DNA of 64,000 nucleotides from Escherichia coli (GTDB lineage Bacteria; Pseudomonadota; Gammaproteobacteria; Enterobacterales; Enterobacteriaceae): NCBI RefSeq assembly GCF_046105845.1, contig NZ_CP151004.1; one strand, 5' to 3'. Shown piece by piece: positions 53,609 to 64,000 of this stretch (position 1 is its first letter; each line of letters starts with the position of its first letter). The notes under the pieces were generated by a model. It saw only the letters and a program-made list of their open reading frames with translations, ran no database searches and was not told where the DNA came from. The position numbers and the translations under genes were made by a program.

Positions 53609-54388
53609 ATGGCATTTAAGATCTGGCAAATTGGTTTGCATTTACAACAGCAAGAAGCGGTAGCGGTTGCGATCGTGCGGGACGCAAAAGGATGCTTTTT
53701 GCAACGCTGGTGGCGGTTGCCGTTGGCGCACGACATTATCAAAGATGGGCGGATTGTTGATGCGCAGCGGCTGGCTAAAACGTTGTTACCGTGGAGTCGC
53801 GAACTGCCGCAGCGCCATCACATCATGTTGGCGTTTCCCGCCAGTCGCACATTACAGCGGTCATTTCCGCGCCCGTCGATGTCCCTCGGTGAGCGGGAGC
53901 AAACGGCCTGGCTGTCCGGGACGATGGCTCGCGAGCTGGATATGGATCCGGACTCCCTGCGCTTCGATTACAGCGAAGACTCACTCAGTCCCGCCTATAA
54001 CGTGACTGCCGCGCAAAGCAAAGAGCTGGCAACGCTGCTTACTCTGGCAGAAAGGTTGCGTGTTCATGTTAGTGCGATCACCCCGGATGCCAGTGCATTA
54101 CAGCGATTCCTGCCTTTTTTACCTTCTCATCAGCAATGTCTGGCCTGGCGTGATAACGAACAGTGGCTGTGGGCGACGCGCTATCGCTGGGGGCGCAAAC
54201 TGGCGGTGGGGATGACTAGCGCGAAGGAGCTGGCGGCAGCGTTATCCGTTGATCCCGAAAGCGTCGCGATATGTGGCGAAGGGGGATTTGATCCCTGGGA
54301 GGCCGTTTCTGTTCGTCAGCCGCCGTTACCGCCGCCAGGTGGAGATTTTGCCATCGCGCTGGGGCTGGCGCTTGGGAAGGCGTACTGA
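53609..54388 (+). CDS. hofM: type IV pilus / competence assembly protein HofM (PilM-like)
   Basis: MAFKIWQIGLHLQQQEAVAVAIVRDAKGCFLQRWWRLP...; first gene of the hofMNOPQ cluster divergent from mrcA; start taken at MAFKIW. Confidence 0.9.
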   Translation: MAFKIWQIGLHLQQQEAVAVAIVRDAKGCFLQRWWRLPLAHDIIKDGRIVDAQRLAKTLLPWSRELPQRHHIMLAFPASRTLQRSFPRPSMSLGEREQTAWLSGTMARELDMDPDSLRFDYSEDSLSPAYNVTAAQSKELATLLTLAERLRVHVSAITPDASALQRFLPFLPSHQQCLAWRDNEQWLWATRYRWGRKLAVGMTSAKELAAALSVDPESVAICGEGGFDPWEAVSVRQPPLPPPGGDFAIALGLALGKAY

Positions 54389-54927
54389 TGAACCCGCCAA
54401 TTAATTTTTTGCCCTGGCGACAGCAACGCCGGACCGCTTTTCTTCGTTTCTGGTTGCTGATGTTCGTTGCGCCTCTGCTGCTGGCCGTCGGGATAACGCT
54501 AATACTGCGTCTGACAGGTAGCGCCGAAGCGCGCATAGACGCCGTTTTGCTTCAGGGGGAACAACAACTCGCCCGCAGCTTACAGATAACGAAACCACGT
54601 TTGCTGGAGCGCCAACAAATTCGTGAGCAGCGTTTGCAAAGGCAGCGCCAGCGACAATTTACCCGCGACTGGCAATCTGCGCTGGAAGCACTGGCGGCGC
54701 TTTTACCCGAGCACGCCTGGCTGACAACGATAAGCTGGCAGCAGGGAACGCTGGAGATCAAGGGGCTGACAACAAGCATTACCGCGTTAAACGCACTAGA
54801 AACGTCACTCCGCCAGGATGCGTCTTTTCATCTCAATCAGCGGGGAGCCACGCAGCAGGATGCGCAGGGACGCTGGCAATTTGAGTATCAGTTAACAAGG
54901 AAGGTTAGCGATGAACATGTTCTTTGA
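54388..54927 (+). CDS. hofN: HofN (PilN-like)
   Basis: 179-aa ORF MNPPINFLPWRQQRRTAFLRFWLLMFVAPLLLAVGI...; start overlaps the hofM stop. Confidence 0.9.
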   Translation: MNPPINFLPWRQQRRTAFLRFWLLMFVAPLLLAVGITLILRLTGSAEARIDAVLLQGEQQLARSLQITKPRLLERQQIREQRLQRQRQRQFTRDWQSALEALAALLPEHAWLTTISWQQGTLEIKGLTTSITALNALETSLRQDASFHLNQRGATQQDAQGRWQFEYQLTRKVSDEHVL

Positions 54928-55351
54928 CTGGTGGTTCGCCATATCACCCCGCCTCCGCCAGTTTTGCTGGGCAGTCTGGTTGCTGATGTTAGTTACGCTC
55001 ATTTTTCTGTCATCGACACACCATGAAGAGAGCGACGCATTAATTCGACTACGGGCAAGTCATCACCAGCAGTGGGCCGCACTGTATCGCCTGGTAGACA
55101 CCACTCCCTTCAGCGAGGAAAAAACGCTGCCCTTTTCGCCTCTGGATTTTCAGTTATCCGGCGCGCAACTGGTTTCCTGGCATCCATCCGCGCAGGGAGG
55201 CGAGTTGGCGTTGAAAACGCTGTGGGAAGCAGTGCCGTCGGCATTTACACGGCTGGCAGAGCGCAACGTCAGCGTGAGCCGTTTTTCATTAAGCGTGGGA
55301 GGTGATGATCTTTTGTTCACGCTACAACTGGAGACGCCGCATGAGGGTTAA
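54911..55351 (+). CDS. hofO: HofO (PilO-like)
   Basis: 146-aa ORF MNMFFDWWFAISPRLRQFCWAVWLLMLVTLIFLS...; overlaps the hofN 3' end. Confidence 0.88.
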   Translation: MNMFFDWWFAISPRLRQFCWAVWLLMLVTLIFLSSTHHEESDALIRLRASHHQQWAALYRLVDTTPFSEEKTLPFSPLDFQLSGAQLVSWHPSAQGGELALKTLWEAVPSAFTRLAERNVSVSRFSLSVGGDDLLFTLQLETPHEG

Positions 55352-55745
55352 ACGCTGGTTGTTGGCAGGTATTGCATTGTGCCTTTTAACCGGTATGCGT
55401 GACCCTTTTAAACCGCCGGAAGATCTATGCCGGATTAGCGAACTTAGCCAGTGGCGCTATCAGGGGATGGTAGGGCGAGGCGAGCGCATCATCGGTGTAA
55501 TAAAAGACGGGCAGAAGAAATGGCGACGGGTACAGCAAAACGATGTGCTGGAAAACGGCTGGACAATTTTACAGCTGACGCCAGACGTACTAACGCTGGG
55601 TACCGGGACAAACTGCGAACCGCCACAATGGTTGTGGCAACGGCAAGGAGATACAAATGAAGCAATGGATAGCCGCACTACTGTTGATGCTGATACCCGG
55701 CGTACAGGCGGCAAAGCCGCAAAAAGTGACGCTGATGGTGGATGA
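55341..55745 (+). CDS. hofP: HofP (PilP-like lipoprotein)
   Basis: MRVKRWLLAGIALCLLTGMRDPFKPPEDLC...; 134 aa from MRVKR. Confidence 0.88.
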   Translation: MRVKRWLLAGIALCLLTGMRDPFKPPEDLCRISELSQWRYQGMVGRGERIIGVIKDGQKKWRRVQQNDVLENGWTILQLTPDVLTLGTGTNCEPPQWLWQRQGDTNEAMDSRTTVDADTRRTGGKAAKSDADGG

Positions 55746-56895
55746 CGTTCCGGTAGCTCAGGTGTTGCAGGCGCTGGCTGAACAGGAGAAGTTGAACCTG
55801 GTGGTGTCGCCAGACGTCAGCGGTACGGTGTCGTTACATCTAACAGATGTTCCCTGGAAGCAAGCACTACAAACTGTAGTGAAAAGCGCCGGACTGATAA
55901 CGCGTCAGGAGGGCAACATTCTCTCGGTGCATTCCGTTGCCTGGCAGAATGACAATATCGCCCGTCAGGAGGCGGAGCAGGCGCGGGCGCAGGCAAATCT
56001 GCCGCTGGAAAATCGCAGTATAACCCTGCAATACGCCGACGCAGGAGAACTGGCGAAAGCCGGGGAGAAGCTACTGAGTGCCAAAGGGAGTATGACCGTC
56101 GATAAACGCACCAATCGCCTTTTGCTGCGAGATAACAAAACGGCGTTAAGCGCGCTTGAACAGTGGGTAGCGCAAATGGATCTGCCGGTCGGGCAGGTTG
56201 AGCTGTCGGCGCATATTGTCACCATTAATGAAAAAAGTTTGCGTGAGTTAGGCGTGAAATGGACGTTGGCTGATGCGCAACAAGCTGGTGGCGTTGGGCA
56301 AGTCACCACGCTTGGCAGCGACCTCTCCGTAGCGACGGCGACAACGCATGTCGGTTTTAACATTGGACGCATCAACGGACGTTTACTGGATCTTGAGCTT
56401 TCCGCGCTCGAACAAAAACAGCAGCTGGATATTATCGCCAGTCCGCGTCTGCTGGCCTCTCATCTTCAGCCTGCCAGCATTAAACAGGGGAGCGAAATTC
56501 CATATCAGGTTTCCAGCGGGGAAAGTGGCGCGACGTCGGTGGAATTTAAAGAGGCCGTCCTGGGGATGGAAGTTACGCCCACGGTGTTACAAAAAGGTCG
56601 CATCCGGCTGAAATTACACATCAGCCAGAACGTTCCGGGGCAGGTGCTACAGCAGGCCGATGGCGAAGTGCTGGCGATTGATAAGCAGGAGATCGAAACG
56701 CAGGTCGAGGTCAAAAGCGGAGAAACGTTGGCGCTGGGCGGCATTTTTACCCGTAAAAATAAATCGGGTCAGGATAGCGTACCGTTGCTTGGCGACATTC
56801 CCTGGTTCGGGCAATTATTTCGTCATGACGGAAAAGAAGATGAACGACGCGAGTTAGTGGTGTTTATCACGCCACGACTGGTTTCCAGTGAGTAA
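55657..56895 (+). CDS. hofQ: outer-membrane secretin HofQ (PilQ/ComE-like DNA uptake channel)
   Basis: 412-aa ORF MKQWIAALLLMLIPGVQAAKPQKVTLMVDDVPVAQVLQALAEQ...; secretin C-terminal domain (VPLLGDIPWFGQLF). Confidence 0.93.
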   Translation: MKQWIAALLLMLIPGVQAAKPQKVTLMVDDVPVAQVLQALAEQEKLNLVVSPDVSGTVSLHLTDVPWKQALQTVVKSAGLITRQEGNILSVHSVAWQNDNIARQEAEQARAQANLPLENRSITLQYADAGELAKAGEKLLSAKGSMTVDKRTNRLLLRDNKTALSALEQWVAQMDLPVGQVELSAHIVTINEKSLRELGVKWTLADAQQAGGVGQVTTLGSDLSVATATTHVGFNIGRINGRLLDLELSALEQKQQLDIIASPRLLASHLQPASIKQGSEIPYQVSSGESGATSVEFKEAVLGMEVTPTVLQKGRIRLKLHISQNVPGQVLQQADGEVLAIDKQEIETQVEVKSGETLALGGIFTRKNKSGQDSVPLLGDIPWFGQLFRHDGKEDERRELVVFITPRLVSSE

Positions 56896-57295
56896 ACAGC
56901 CGTAAAAGCGGTAATGTTTTTACGCTGAACGTGTTTCATCTATTTGACGCGCGCAGGTATTTAGCATACAAGGAGTACCGATTTGAGAGTTGGTGCTCTT
57001 CGCTGCCTGCGTTCCATGATGATGATTTATCATTCAGGCGGCATTTTGCTGTCTTTTTTACGCTAATCTTACCCGGTGATTTATCGCCAGAGCGGTGGTA
57101 GCAAGGCAGCGCGCTTGCAGCGACCAGATATGCAGAGGGATGGGTGATTTATTCAGTTGCCAAACCCGCTGGAGTATTGAGATAATTTTCAGTCTGACTC
57201 TCGCAATATCTTATGAGGTTTCAGTTCATGTCCTGCGGCGCTCTCTGAGCGAAGCGGGTTTATCATTAACGAATAGTCTTAGTAGTACCGAAAAA

Positions 57296-57817
57296 ATGGC
57301 AGAGAAACGCAATATCTTTCTGGTTGGGCCTATGGGTGCCGGAAAAAGCACTATTGGGCGCCAGTTAGCTCAACAACTCAATATGGAATTTTACGATTCC
57401 GATCAAGAGATTGAGAAACGAACCGGAGCTGATGTGGGCTGGGTTTTCGATTTAGAAGGCGAAGAAGGCTTCCGCGATCGCGAAGAAAAGGTCATCAATG
57501 AGTTGACCGAGAAACAGGGTATTGTGCTGGCTACTGGCGGCGGCTCTGTGAAATCCCGCGAAACGCGTAACCGTCTTTCCGCACGTGGCGTTGTCGTTTA
57601 TCTTGAAACGACCATCGAAAAGCAACTTGCACGCACGCAGCGTGATAAAAAACGCCCGTTGCTGCACGTTGAAACACCGCCGCGTGAAGTTCTGGAAGCG
57701 TTGGCCAATGAACGCAATCCGCTGTATGAAGAGATTGCCGACGTGACCATTCGTACTGATGATCAAAGCGCTAAAGTGGTCGCAAACCAGATTATTCACA
57801 TGCTGGAAAGCAACTAA
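57296..57817 (+). CDS. aroK: shikimate kinase I AroK
   Basis: [63 protein letters not shown]; 173 aa from MAEKR (the ORF track extends 67 codons upstream, which I regard as a non-coding leader). Confidence 0.96.
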   Translation: MAEKRNIFLVGPMGAGKSTIGRQLAQQLNMEFYDSDQEIEKRTGADVGWVFDLEGEEGFRDREEKVINELTEKQGIVLATGGGSVKSRETRNRLSARGVVVYLETTIEKQLARTQRDKKRPLLHVETPPREVLEALANERNPLYEEIADVTIRTDDQSAKVVANQIIHMLESN

Positions 57818-57873
57818 TTCTGGCTTTATATACACTCGTCTGCGGGTACAGTAATTAAGGTGGATGTCGCGTT

Positions 57874-58962
57874 ATGGAGAGGATTGTCGTTACTCTCGGG
57901 GAACGTAGTTACCCAATTACCATCGCATCTGGTTTGTTTAATGAACCAGCTTCATTCTTACCGCTGAAATCGGGCGAGCAGGTCATGTTGGTTACCAACG
58001 AAACCCTGGCTCCTCTGTATCTCGATAAGGTCCGCGGCGTACTTGAACAGGCGGGTGTTAACGTCGATAGCGTTATCCTCCCTGACGGCGAGCAGTATAA
58101 AAGCCTGGCTGTACTCGATACCGTCTTTACGGCGTTGTTACAAAAGCCGCATGGTCGCGATACTACGCTGGTGGCGCTTGGCGGCGGCGTAGTGGGCGAT
58201 CTGACCGGCTTTGCGGCGGCGAGTTATCAGCGCGGTGTACGTTTCATTCAAGTCCCGACGACGTTGCTGTCGCAGGTCGATTCCTCCGTTGGCGGCAAAA
58301 CTGCGGTCAACCATCCCCTCGGTAAAAACATGATTGGCGCGTTCTACCAGCCTGCTTCAGTGGTGGTGGATCTCGACTGTCTGAAAACGCTTCCCCCGCG
58401 TGAGTTAGCGTCGGGGCTGGCAGAAGTCATCAAATACGGCATTATTCTTGACGGTGCGTTTTTCAATTGGCTGGAAGAAAATCTGGATGCGTTGTTGCGT
58501 CTGGACGGTCCGGCAATGGCGTACTGTATTCGCCGTTGTTGTGAACTGAAGGCAGAAGTTGTCGCCGCCGACGAGCGCGAAACCGGGTTACGTGCTTTAC
58601 TGAATCTGGGACACACCTTTGGTCATGCCATTGAAGCTGAAATGGGGTATGGCAATTGGTTACACGGTGAAGCGGTTGCTGCGGGTATGGTGATGGCGGC
58701 GCGGACGTCGGAACGTCTCGGGCAGTTTAGTTCTGCCGAAACGCAGCGTATTATAACCCTGCTCACGCGGGCTGGGTTACCGGTCAATGGGCCGCGCGAA
58801 ATGTCTGCGCAGGCGTATTTACCGCATATGCTGCGTGACAAGAAAGTCCTTGCGGGAGAGATGCGCTTAATTCTTCCGTTGGCAATTGGTAAGAGTGAAG
58901 TTCGCAGCGGCGTTTCGCACGAGCTTGTTCTTAACGCCATTGCCGATTGTCAATCAGCGTAA
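57874..58962 (+). CDS. aroB: 3-dehydroquinate synthase AroB
   Basis: 362-aa [56 protein letters not shown]. Confidence 0.96.
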
Positions 58963-59053
58963 CAACAAGAAAGGTCAGGCCGCTTATCAAGCGGTCTATT
59001 AGCTTCAGGTTAATTGCAACGTGGTAAGCATTAACCTTTTAGTGGGGTGTTAA

Positions 59054-60340
59054 ATGGATGAATTCAAACCAGAAGACGAGCTGAAACCCGATCCCAGCGA
59101 TCGTCGTACTGGTCGTTCTCGTCAATCTTCTGAACGTTCTGAGCGTACTGAACGTGGCGAACCGCAGATCAATTTTGATGATATTGAACTTGATGACACT
59201 GACGATCGCCGTCCGACTCGTGCGCAAAAAGAGCGCAATGAGGAACCGGAACTCGAAGAAGAAATTGACGAATCCGAAGATGAAACCGTGGATGAAGAGC
59301 GCGTAGAGCGTCGTCCGCGTAAGCGCAAAAAAGCAGCCAGTAAACCCGTTTCTCGTCAGTATATGATGATGGGCGTCGGCATTCTGGTTCTCCTGCTGTT
59401 GATCATCGGTATCGGTTCTGCGCTAAAAGCCCCCTCGACCTCTTCCAGCGATCAAACCGCGTCTGGCGAGAAGAGTATTGATCTTGCTGGCAATGCGACC
59501 GATCAGGCGAATGGCGTGCAGCCAGCGCCGGGAACCACGTCTGCGGAAAATACTCAGCAGGATGTTTCTCTGCCGCCGATCTCTTCTACGCCGACTCAAG
59601 GGCAAACCCCGGCGGCAACGGATGGTCAACAACGTGTTGAAGTGCAGGGTGACCTGAACAATGCGCTGACCCAGCCACAAAATCAGCAACAGTTGAATAA
59701 TGTGGCGGTCAATTCCACGTTGCCGACTGAACCCGCGACGGTCGCGCCTGTTCGCAATGGCAATGCATCGCGTGACACGGCGAAAACGCAAACCGCTGAA
59801 CGTCCGGCCACTACGCGTCCAGCTCGCCAGCAGGCGGTGATTGAACCGAAAAAACCGCAAGCAACCGTAAAAACGGAGCCGAAGCCGGTAGCACAGACGC
59901 CGAAGCGTACTGAACCAGCTGCTCCTGTGGCAAGCACGAAGGCACCGGCTGCGACCTCTACGCCAGCACCAAAAGAGACCGCAACTACGGCTCCAGTACA
60001 GACGGCATCCCCGGCGCAAACCACGGCAACACCAGCCGCTGGAGGGAAGACCGCAGGTAATGTTGGTTCGTTGAAATCGGCACCGTCCAGCCATTACACT
60101 CTGCAGCTGAGCAGTTCCTCTAACTACGACAACCTGAACGGTTGGGCGAAGAAAGAGAATCTGAAAAACTACGTTGTCTATGAAACGACGCGTAATGGTC
60201 AGCCGTGGTATGTCCTGGTTTCTGGCGTGTACGCTTCGAAAGAAGAGGCGAAAAAAGCGGTATCTACATTGCCAGCAGATGTTCAGGCCAAAAACCCGTG
60301 GGCGAAACCGCTGCGTCAGGTACAGGCCGATCTGAAGTAA
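59054..60340 (+). CDS. damX: cell division protein DamX (SPOR domain)
   Basis: 428-aa [46 protein letters not shown]...; low-complexity Pro/Thr/Ala/Gln-rich linker and C-terminal SPOR domain. Confidence 0.94.
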   Translation: MDEFKPEDELKPDPSDRRTGRSRQSSERSERTERGEPQINFDDIELDDTDDRRPTRAQKERNEEPELEEEIDESEDETVDEERVERRPRKRKKAASKPVSRQYMMMGVGILVLLLLIIGIGSALKAPSTSSSDQTASGEKSIDLAGNATDQANGVQPAPGTTSAENTQQDVSLPPISSTPTQGQTPAATDGQQRVEVQGDLNNALTQPQNQQQLNNVAVNSTLPTEPATVAPVRNGNASRDTAKTQTAERPATTRPARQQAVIEPKKPQATVKTEPKPVAQTPKRTEPAAPVASTKAPAATSTPAPKETATTAPVQTASPAQTTATPAAGGKTAGNVGSLKSAPSSHYTLQLSSSSNYDNLNGWAKKENLKNYVVYETTRNGQPWYVLVSGVYASKEEAKKAVSTLPADVQAKNPWAKPLRQVQADLK

Positions 60341-60446
60341 TCAAGGTTATCTCCCGCAATGGTTTATCGTTGCGGGAGTTGCCTGAAGCGCTGGATGCTG
60401 TCGGAGCTTTCTCCACAGCCGGAGAAGGTGTAATTAGTTAGTCAGC

Positions 60447-61283
60447 ATGAAGAAAAATCGCGCTTTTTTGAAGTGGGCAGGGGGCAAGTATCCCCTGCTT
60501 GATGATATTAAACGGCATTTGCCCAAGGGCGAATGTCTGGTTGAGCCTTTTGTAGGTGCCGGGTCGGTGTTTCTCAACACCGACTTTTCTCGTTATATCC
60601 TTGCCGATATCAATAGCGACCTGATCAGTCTCTATAACATTGTGAAGATACGTACTGATGAGTACGTACAGGCCGCACGCGAGCTGTTTATTCCCGAAAC
60701 AAATTGCGCCGAGGTTTACTATCAGTTCCGCGAAGAGTTCAACAAAAGCCAGGATCCGTTCCGTCGGGCGGTACTGTTTTTATATTTGAACCGCTACGGT
60801 TACAACGGCCTGTGTCGTTACAATCTGCGCGGTGAGTTTAACGTGCCGTTTGGCCGCTACAAAAAACCCTATTTCCCGGAAGCAGAGTTGTATCACTTCG
60901 CTGAAAAAGCGCAGAATGCCTTTTTCTACTGTGAGTCTTACGCCGATAGCATGGCGCGCGCAGATGATGCATCCGTCGTCTATTGCGATCCGCCTTATGC
61001 GCCGCTGTCTGCGACCGCCAACTTTACGGCGTATCACACAAACAGTTTTACGCTTGAACAACAAGCGCATCTGGCGGAGATCGCCGAAGGTCTGGTTGAT
61101 CGCCATATTCCAGTGCTGATCTCCAATCACGATACGATGTTAACGCGTGAGTGGTATCAGCGCGCAAAATTGCATGTCGTCAAAGTTCGACGCAGTATAA
61201 GCAGCAACGGCGGCACACGTAAAAAGGTGGACGAACTGCTGGCTTTGTACAAACCAGGAGTCGTTTCACCCGCGAAAAAATAA
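60447..61283 (+). CDS. dam: DNA adenine methyltransferase Dam (GATC N6-methyltransferase)
   Basis: 278-aa [48 protein letters not shown] (AdoMet motif) and catalytic DPPY ([12 protein letters not shown]). Confidence 0.97.
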   Translation: MKKNRAFLKWAGGKYPLLDDIKRHLPKGECLVEPFVGAGSVFLNTDFSRYILADINSDLISLYNIVKIRTDEYVQAARELFIPETNCAEVYYQFREEFNKSQDPFRRAVLFLYLNRYGYNGLCRYNLRGEFNVPFGRYKKPYFPEAELYHFAEKAQNAFFYCESYADSMARADDASVVYCDPPYAPLSATANFTAYHTNSFTLEQQAHLAEIAEGLVDRHIPVLISNHDTMLTREWYQRAKLHVVKVRRSISSNGGTRKKVDELLALYKPGVVSPAKK

Positions 61284-61300
61284 TTCTCAAGGAGAAGCGG

Positions 61301-61978
61301 ATGAAACAGTATTTGATTGCCCCCTCAATTCTGTCGGCTGATTTTGCCCGCCTGGGTGAAGATACCGCAAAAGCCCTGGCAGCTGGCGCTGATGTCGTGC
61401 ATTTTGACGTCATGGATAACCACTATGTTCCCAATCTGACGATTGGGCCAATGGTGCTGAAATCCTTGCGTAACTACGGCATTACCGCCCCTATCGACGT
61501 ACACCTGATGGTGAAACCCGTCGATCGCATTGTGCCTGATTTCGCTGCCGCTGGTGCCAGCATCATTACCTTTCATCCAGAAGCCTCCGAGCATGTTGAC
61601 CGCACGCTGCAACTGATTAAAGAAAATGGCTGTAAAGCGGGTCTGGTATTTAACCCGGCGACACCTCTGAGCTATCTGGATTACGTGATGGATAAGCTGG
61701 ATGTGATCCTGCTGATGTCCGTCAACCCTGGTTTCGGCGGTCAGTCTTTCATTCCGCAAACACTGGATAAACTGCGCGAAGTACGTCGTCGTATCGACGA
61801 GTCTGGCTTTGACATTCGACTGGAAGTGGACGGTGGCGTGAAGGTGAACAACATTGGCGAAATCGCTGCGGCGGGCGCGGATATGTTCGTCGCCGGTTCG
61901 GCAATCTTCGACCAGCCAGACTACAAAAAAGTCATTGATGAAATGCGCAGTGAACTGGCAAAGGTAAGTCATGAATAA
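61301..61978 (+). CDS. rpe: ribulose-phosphate 3-epimerase Rpe
   Basis: 225-aa [53 protein letters not shown]. Confidence 0.96.
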   Translation: MKQYLIAPSILSADFARLGEDTAKALAAGADVVHFDVMDNHYVPNLTIGPMVLKSLRNYGITAPIDVHLMVKPVDRIVPDFAAAGASIITFHPEASEHVDRTLQLIKENGCKAGLVFNPATPLSYLDYVMDKLDVILLMSVNPGFGGQSFIPQTLDKLREVRRRIDESGFDIRLEVDGGVKVNNIGEIAAAGADMFVAGSAIFDQPDYKKVIDEMRSELAKVSHE

Positions 61979-62729
61979 GTTTGAAGATATTCGCGGCGTC
62001 GCTTTTGATCTCGATGGTACGCTGGTGGACAGTGCTCCTGGCTTGGCTACCGCAGTAGATATGGCGCTGTATGCGCTGGAGTTGCCCGTCGCAGGTGAAG
62101 AACGCGTTATAACCTGGATTGGTAACGGCGCAGATGTTCTGATGGAGCGCGCATTGACCTGGGCGCGTCAGGAACGTGCGACTCTGCGTAAAACAATAGG
62201 TAAACCGCCCGTTGATGACGACATTCCGGCAGAAGAACAGGTACGTATTCTGCGTAAACTGTTCGATCGCTACTATGGCGAGGTTGCCGAAGAGGGGACG
62301 TTTTTGTTCCCGCACGTTGCCGATACGCTGGGCGCATTGCAGGCTAAAGGCCTGCCGTTGGGCCTGGTCACCAACAAACCGACGCCGTTCGTCGCGCCGC
62401 TGCTCGAAGCCTTAGATATCGCTAAATACTTCAGCGTGGTTATCGGCGGTGATGATGTGCAAAACAAAAAACCGCATCCGGACCCGCTGTTGCTGGTGGC
62501 TGAGCGGATGGGAATTGCTCCACAACAGATGCTGTTTGTTGGCGACTCACGCAATGATATTCAGGCAGCAAAAGCGGCAGGTTGCCCATCAGTTGGCTTA
62601 ACCTACGGATATAACTACGGCGAGGCTATCGATCTCAGCCAGCCTGATGTAATTTATCAGTCTATAAATGACCTTCTGCCCGCATTAGGGCTTCCGCATA
62701 GCGAAAATCAGGAATCGAAAAATGACTAA
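61971..62729 (+). CDS. gph: phosphoglycolate phosphatase Gph (HAD family)
   Basis: 252-aa [36 protein letters not shown] (HAD motif DxDGT); overlaps the rpe stop. Confidence 0.95.
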   Translation: MNKFEDIRGVAFDLDGTLVDSAPGLATAVDMALYALELPVAGEERVITWIGNGADVLMERALTWARQERATLRKTIGKPPVDDDIPAEEQVRILRKLFDRYYGEVAEEGTFLFPHVADTLGALQAKGLPLGLVTNKPTPFVAPLLEALDIAKYFSVVIGGDDVQNKKPHPDPLLLVAERMGIAPQQMLFVGDSRNDIQAAKAAGCPSVGLTYGYNYGEAIDLSQPDVIYQSINDLLPALGLPHSENQESKND

Positions 62730-63726
62730 GCCCATCGTTTTTAGTGGCGCACAGCCCTCAGGTGAATTGACCATTGGTAACTACATGGGTGCGCTGCGTC
62801 AGTGGGTAAACATGCAGGATGACTACCATTGCATTTACTGTATCGTTGACCAACACGCGATCACCGTGCGCCAGGATGCACAGAAGCTGCGTAAAGCGAC
62901 GCTGGATACGCTGGCCTTGTATCTGGCTTGTGGTATCGATCCTGAGAAAAGCACCATTTTTGTTCAGTCCCACGTGCCGGAACATGCGCAGTTAGGCTGG
63001 GCACTGAACTGCTATACCTACTTCGGCGAACTGAGCCGCATGACGCAGTTTAAAGATAAATCTGCGCGTTATGCCGAGAACATCAACGCTGGTCTGTTTG
63101 ACTATCCGGTGCTGATGGCTGCGGACATCCTGCTGTATCAAACTAATTTGGTACCGGTGGGTGAAGACCAGAAACAGCACCTGGAACTGAGCCGCGATAT
63201 CGCCCAGCGTTTCAACGCGCTGTATGGCGAGATCTTTAAAGTGCCGGAGCCGTTTATTCCGAAATCCGGCGCGCGCGTAATGTCGCTGCTGGAGCCGACC
63301 AAAAAGATGTCCAAGTCTGACGATAACCGCAATAACGTTATCGGCCTGCTGGAAGATCCGAAATCGGTAGTGAAGAAAATCAAACGCGCGGTCACCGACT
63401 CCGACGAGCCGCCGGTAGTTCGCTACGACGTGCAAAACAAAGCGGGCGTTTCCAACCTGCTGGATATCCTTTCTGCGGTAACGGGCCAGAGCATCCCGGA
63501 ACTGGAAAAACAGTTCGAAGGCAAGATGTATGGTCATCTGAAAGGTGAAGTGGCTGATGCCGTTTCCGGTATGCTGACTGAATTGCAGGAACGCTATCAC
63601 CGTTTCCGCAACGATGAAGCCTTCCTGCAACAGGTGATGAAAGATGGCGCGGAAAAAGCCAGCGCACACGCTTCCCGTACGCTAAAAGCGGTGTACGAAG
63701 CGATTGGTTTTGTGGCGAAGCCGTAA
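62722..63726 (+). CDS. trpS: tryptophan--tRNA ligase TrpS
   Basis: 334-aa [31 protein letters not shown]...; class I aaRS motifs (HIGN-like TIGN, KMSKS). Confidence 0.97.
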   Translation: MTKPIVFSGAQPSGELTIGNYMGALRQWVNMQDDYHCIYCIVDQHAITVRQDAQKLRKATLDTLALYLACGIDPEKSTIFVQSHVPEHAQLGWALNCYTYFGELSRMTQFKDKSARYAENINAGLFDYPVLMAADILLYQTNLVPVGEDQKQHLELSRDIAQRFNALYGEIFKVPEPFIPKSGARVMSLLEPTKKMSKSDDNRNNVIGLLEDPKSVVKKIKRAVTDSDEPPVVRYDVQNKAGVSNLLDILSAVTGQSIPELEKQFEGKMYGHLKGEVADAVSGMLTELQERYHRFRNDEAFLQQVMKDGAEKASAHASRTLKAVYEAIGFVAKP

Positions 63727-63741
63727 TTTAACATTAATGCC

Positions 63742-63767
63742 AAAAACCGGGGAAACCCGGTTTTTTT
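63742..63767 (+). terminator. rho-independent terminator of the aroKB-damX-dam-rpe-gph-trpS operon
   Basis: aaaaa-ccggg-gaaa-cccgg-ttttttt, 15 bp after the trpS stop. Confidence 0.8.
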
Positions 63768-63886
63768 ATCCTCTTTTTGCAATAATCCGAAAAAATGTGA
63801 AGCGCCTCGCCGTTTCCACATCTCGCAGTTGCCACTTATCTTCATTTTTATGAAGATATAAATATTCACTTTATTGAAAATTTACT

Positions 63887-64000
63887 ATGCGTCGAACGTT
63901 TATCAAAAAAGAAGGCGTCGTCATCACGACACTGGCCCGTTATTTGTTGGGTGAAAAGTGCGGTAATCGACTGAAAACCATAGATGAACTGGCAACTGAA
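63887..64000 (+). CDS. 5' end of an uncharacterised ORF, truncated by the window end (possibly a regulator-like protein)
   Basis: ATG at 63887 opens a frame MRRTFIKKEGVVITTLARYLLGEKCGNRLKTIDELATE running to the window end; only 38 codons visible, identity not assignable. Confidence 0.3.
   Translation, partial: MRRTFIKKEGVVITTLARYLLGEKCGNRLKTIDELATE

Noticed and set aside
56901-56924. Hairpin cgtaaaa ... ttttacg after hofQ as a rho-independent terminator
   Set aside because: The stem is short and AT-rich and there is no downstream T-run; insufficient to call a terminator
57095-57295. N-terminal 67-codon extension of the aroK ORF (ORF-track start 57095)
   Set aside because: AroK is recognised from [18 protein letters not shown] with an A-rich RBS-like region just upstream of the ATG at 57296; the upstream in-frame stretch has no protein-like features and corresponds to the aroK promoter/leader

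Overview
This window reads as an Escherichia coli chromosomal segment running from the 3' part of glgA to trpS, with gene order matching (from memory) the K-12 block glgA-glgP / glpD-glpEGR / rtcR-rtcBA / malT-malPQ / gntT-nfuA-gntX / bioH / rpnA(yhgA) / feoABC / tex / greB / ompR-envZ / pckA / yhgE / hslOR / yrfG / igaA / nudE / mrcA / hofMNOPQ / aroKB-damX-dam-rpe-gph-trpS. Gene identities were assigned by recognising the translated ORFs; no database search was run, and all compositional statements (AT-rich, GC-rich) are by eye. Two segments look accessory relative to that backbone. (1) An AT-rich block of about 7.7 kb between the glgP terminator and the REP element next to glpD carries a complete seven-gene chaperone-usher fimbrial operon: major pilin, chaperone, usher, two minor pilins, a second chaperone and a two-domain tip adhesin. 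It has no cognate regulator, recombinase, integrase or tRNA. Its organisation and position resemble what I recall of the auf-type cluster of extraintestinal E. coli, but I cannot verify that at sequence level. (2) A roughly 0.7 kb two-gene module between the envZ and pckA terminators encodes a HigB-2/RelE-family toxin followed by an Xre-type HTH antitoxin. Smaller observations include a degenerate duplicate of the rpnA C-terminal coding segment beside rpnA, a G7 homopolymer inside the second fimbrial chaperone gene, a perfect 12-bp inverted repeat directly after the major pilin gene, and a consensus sigma54 promoter for rtcBA. No rRNA, tRNA, CRISPR array or IS element was seen.
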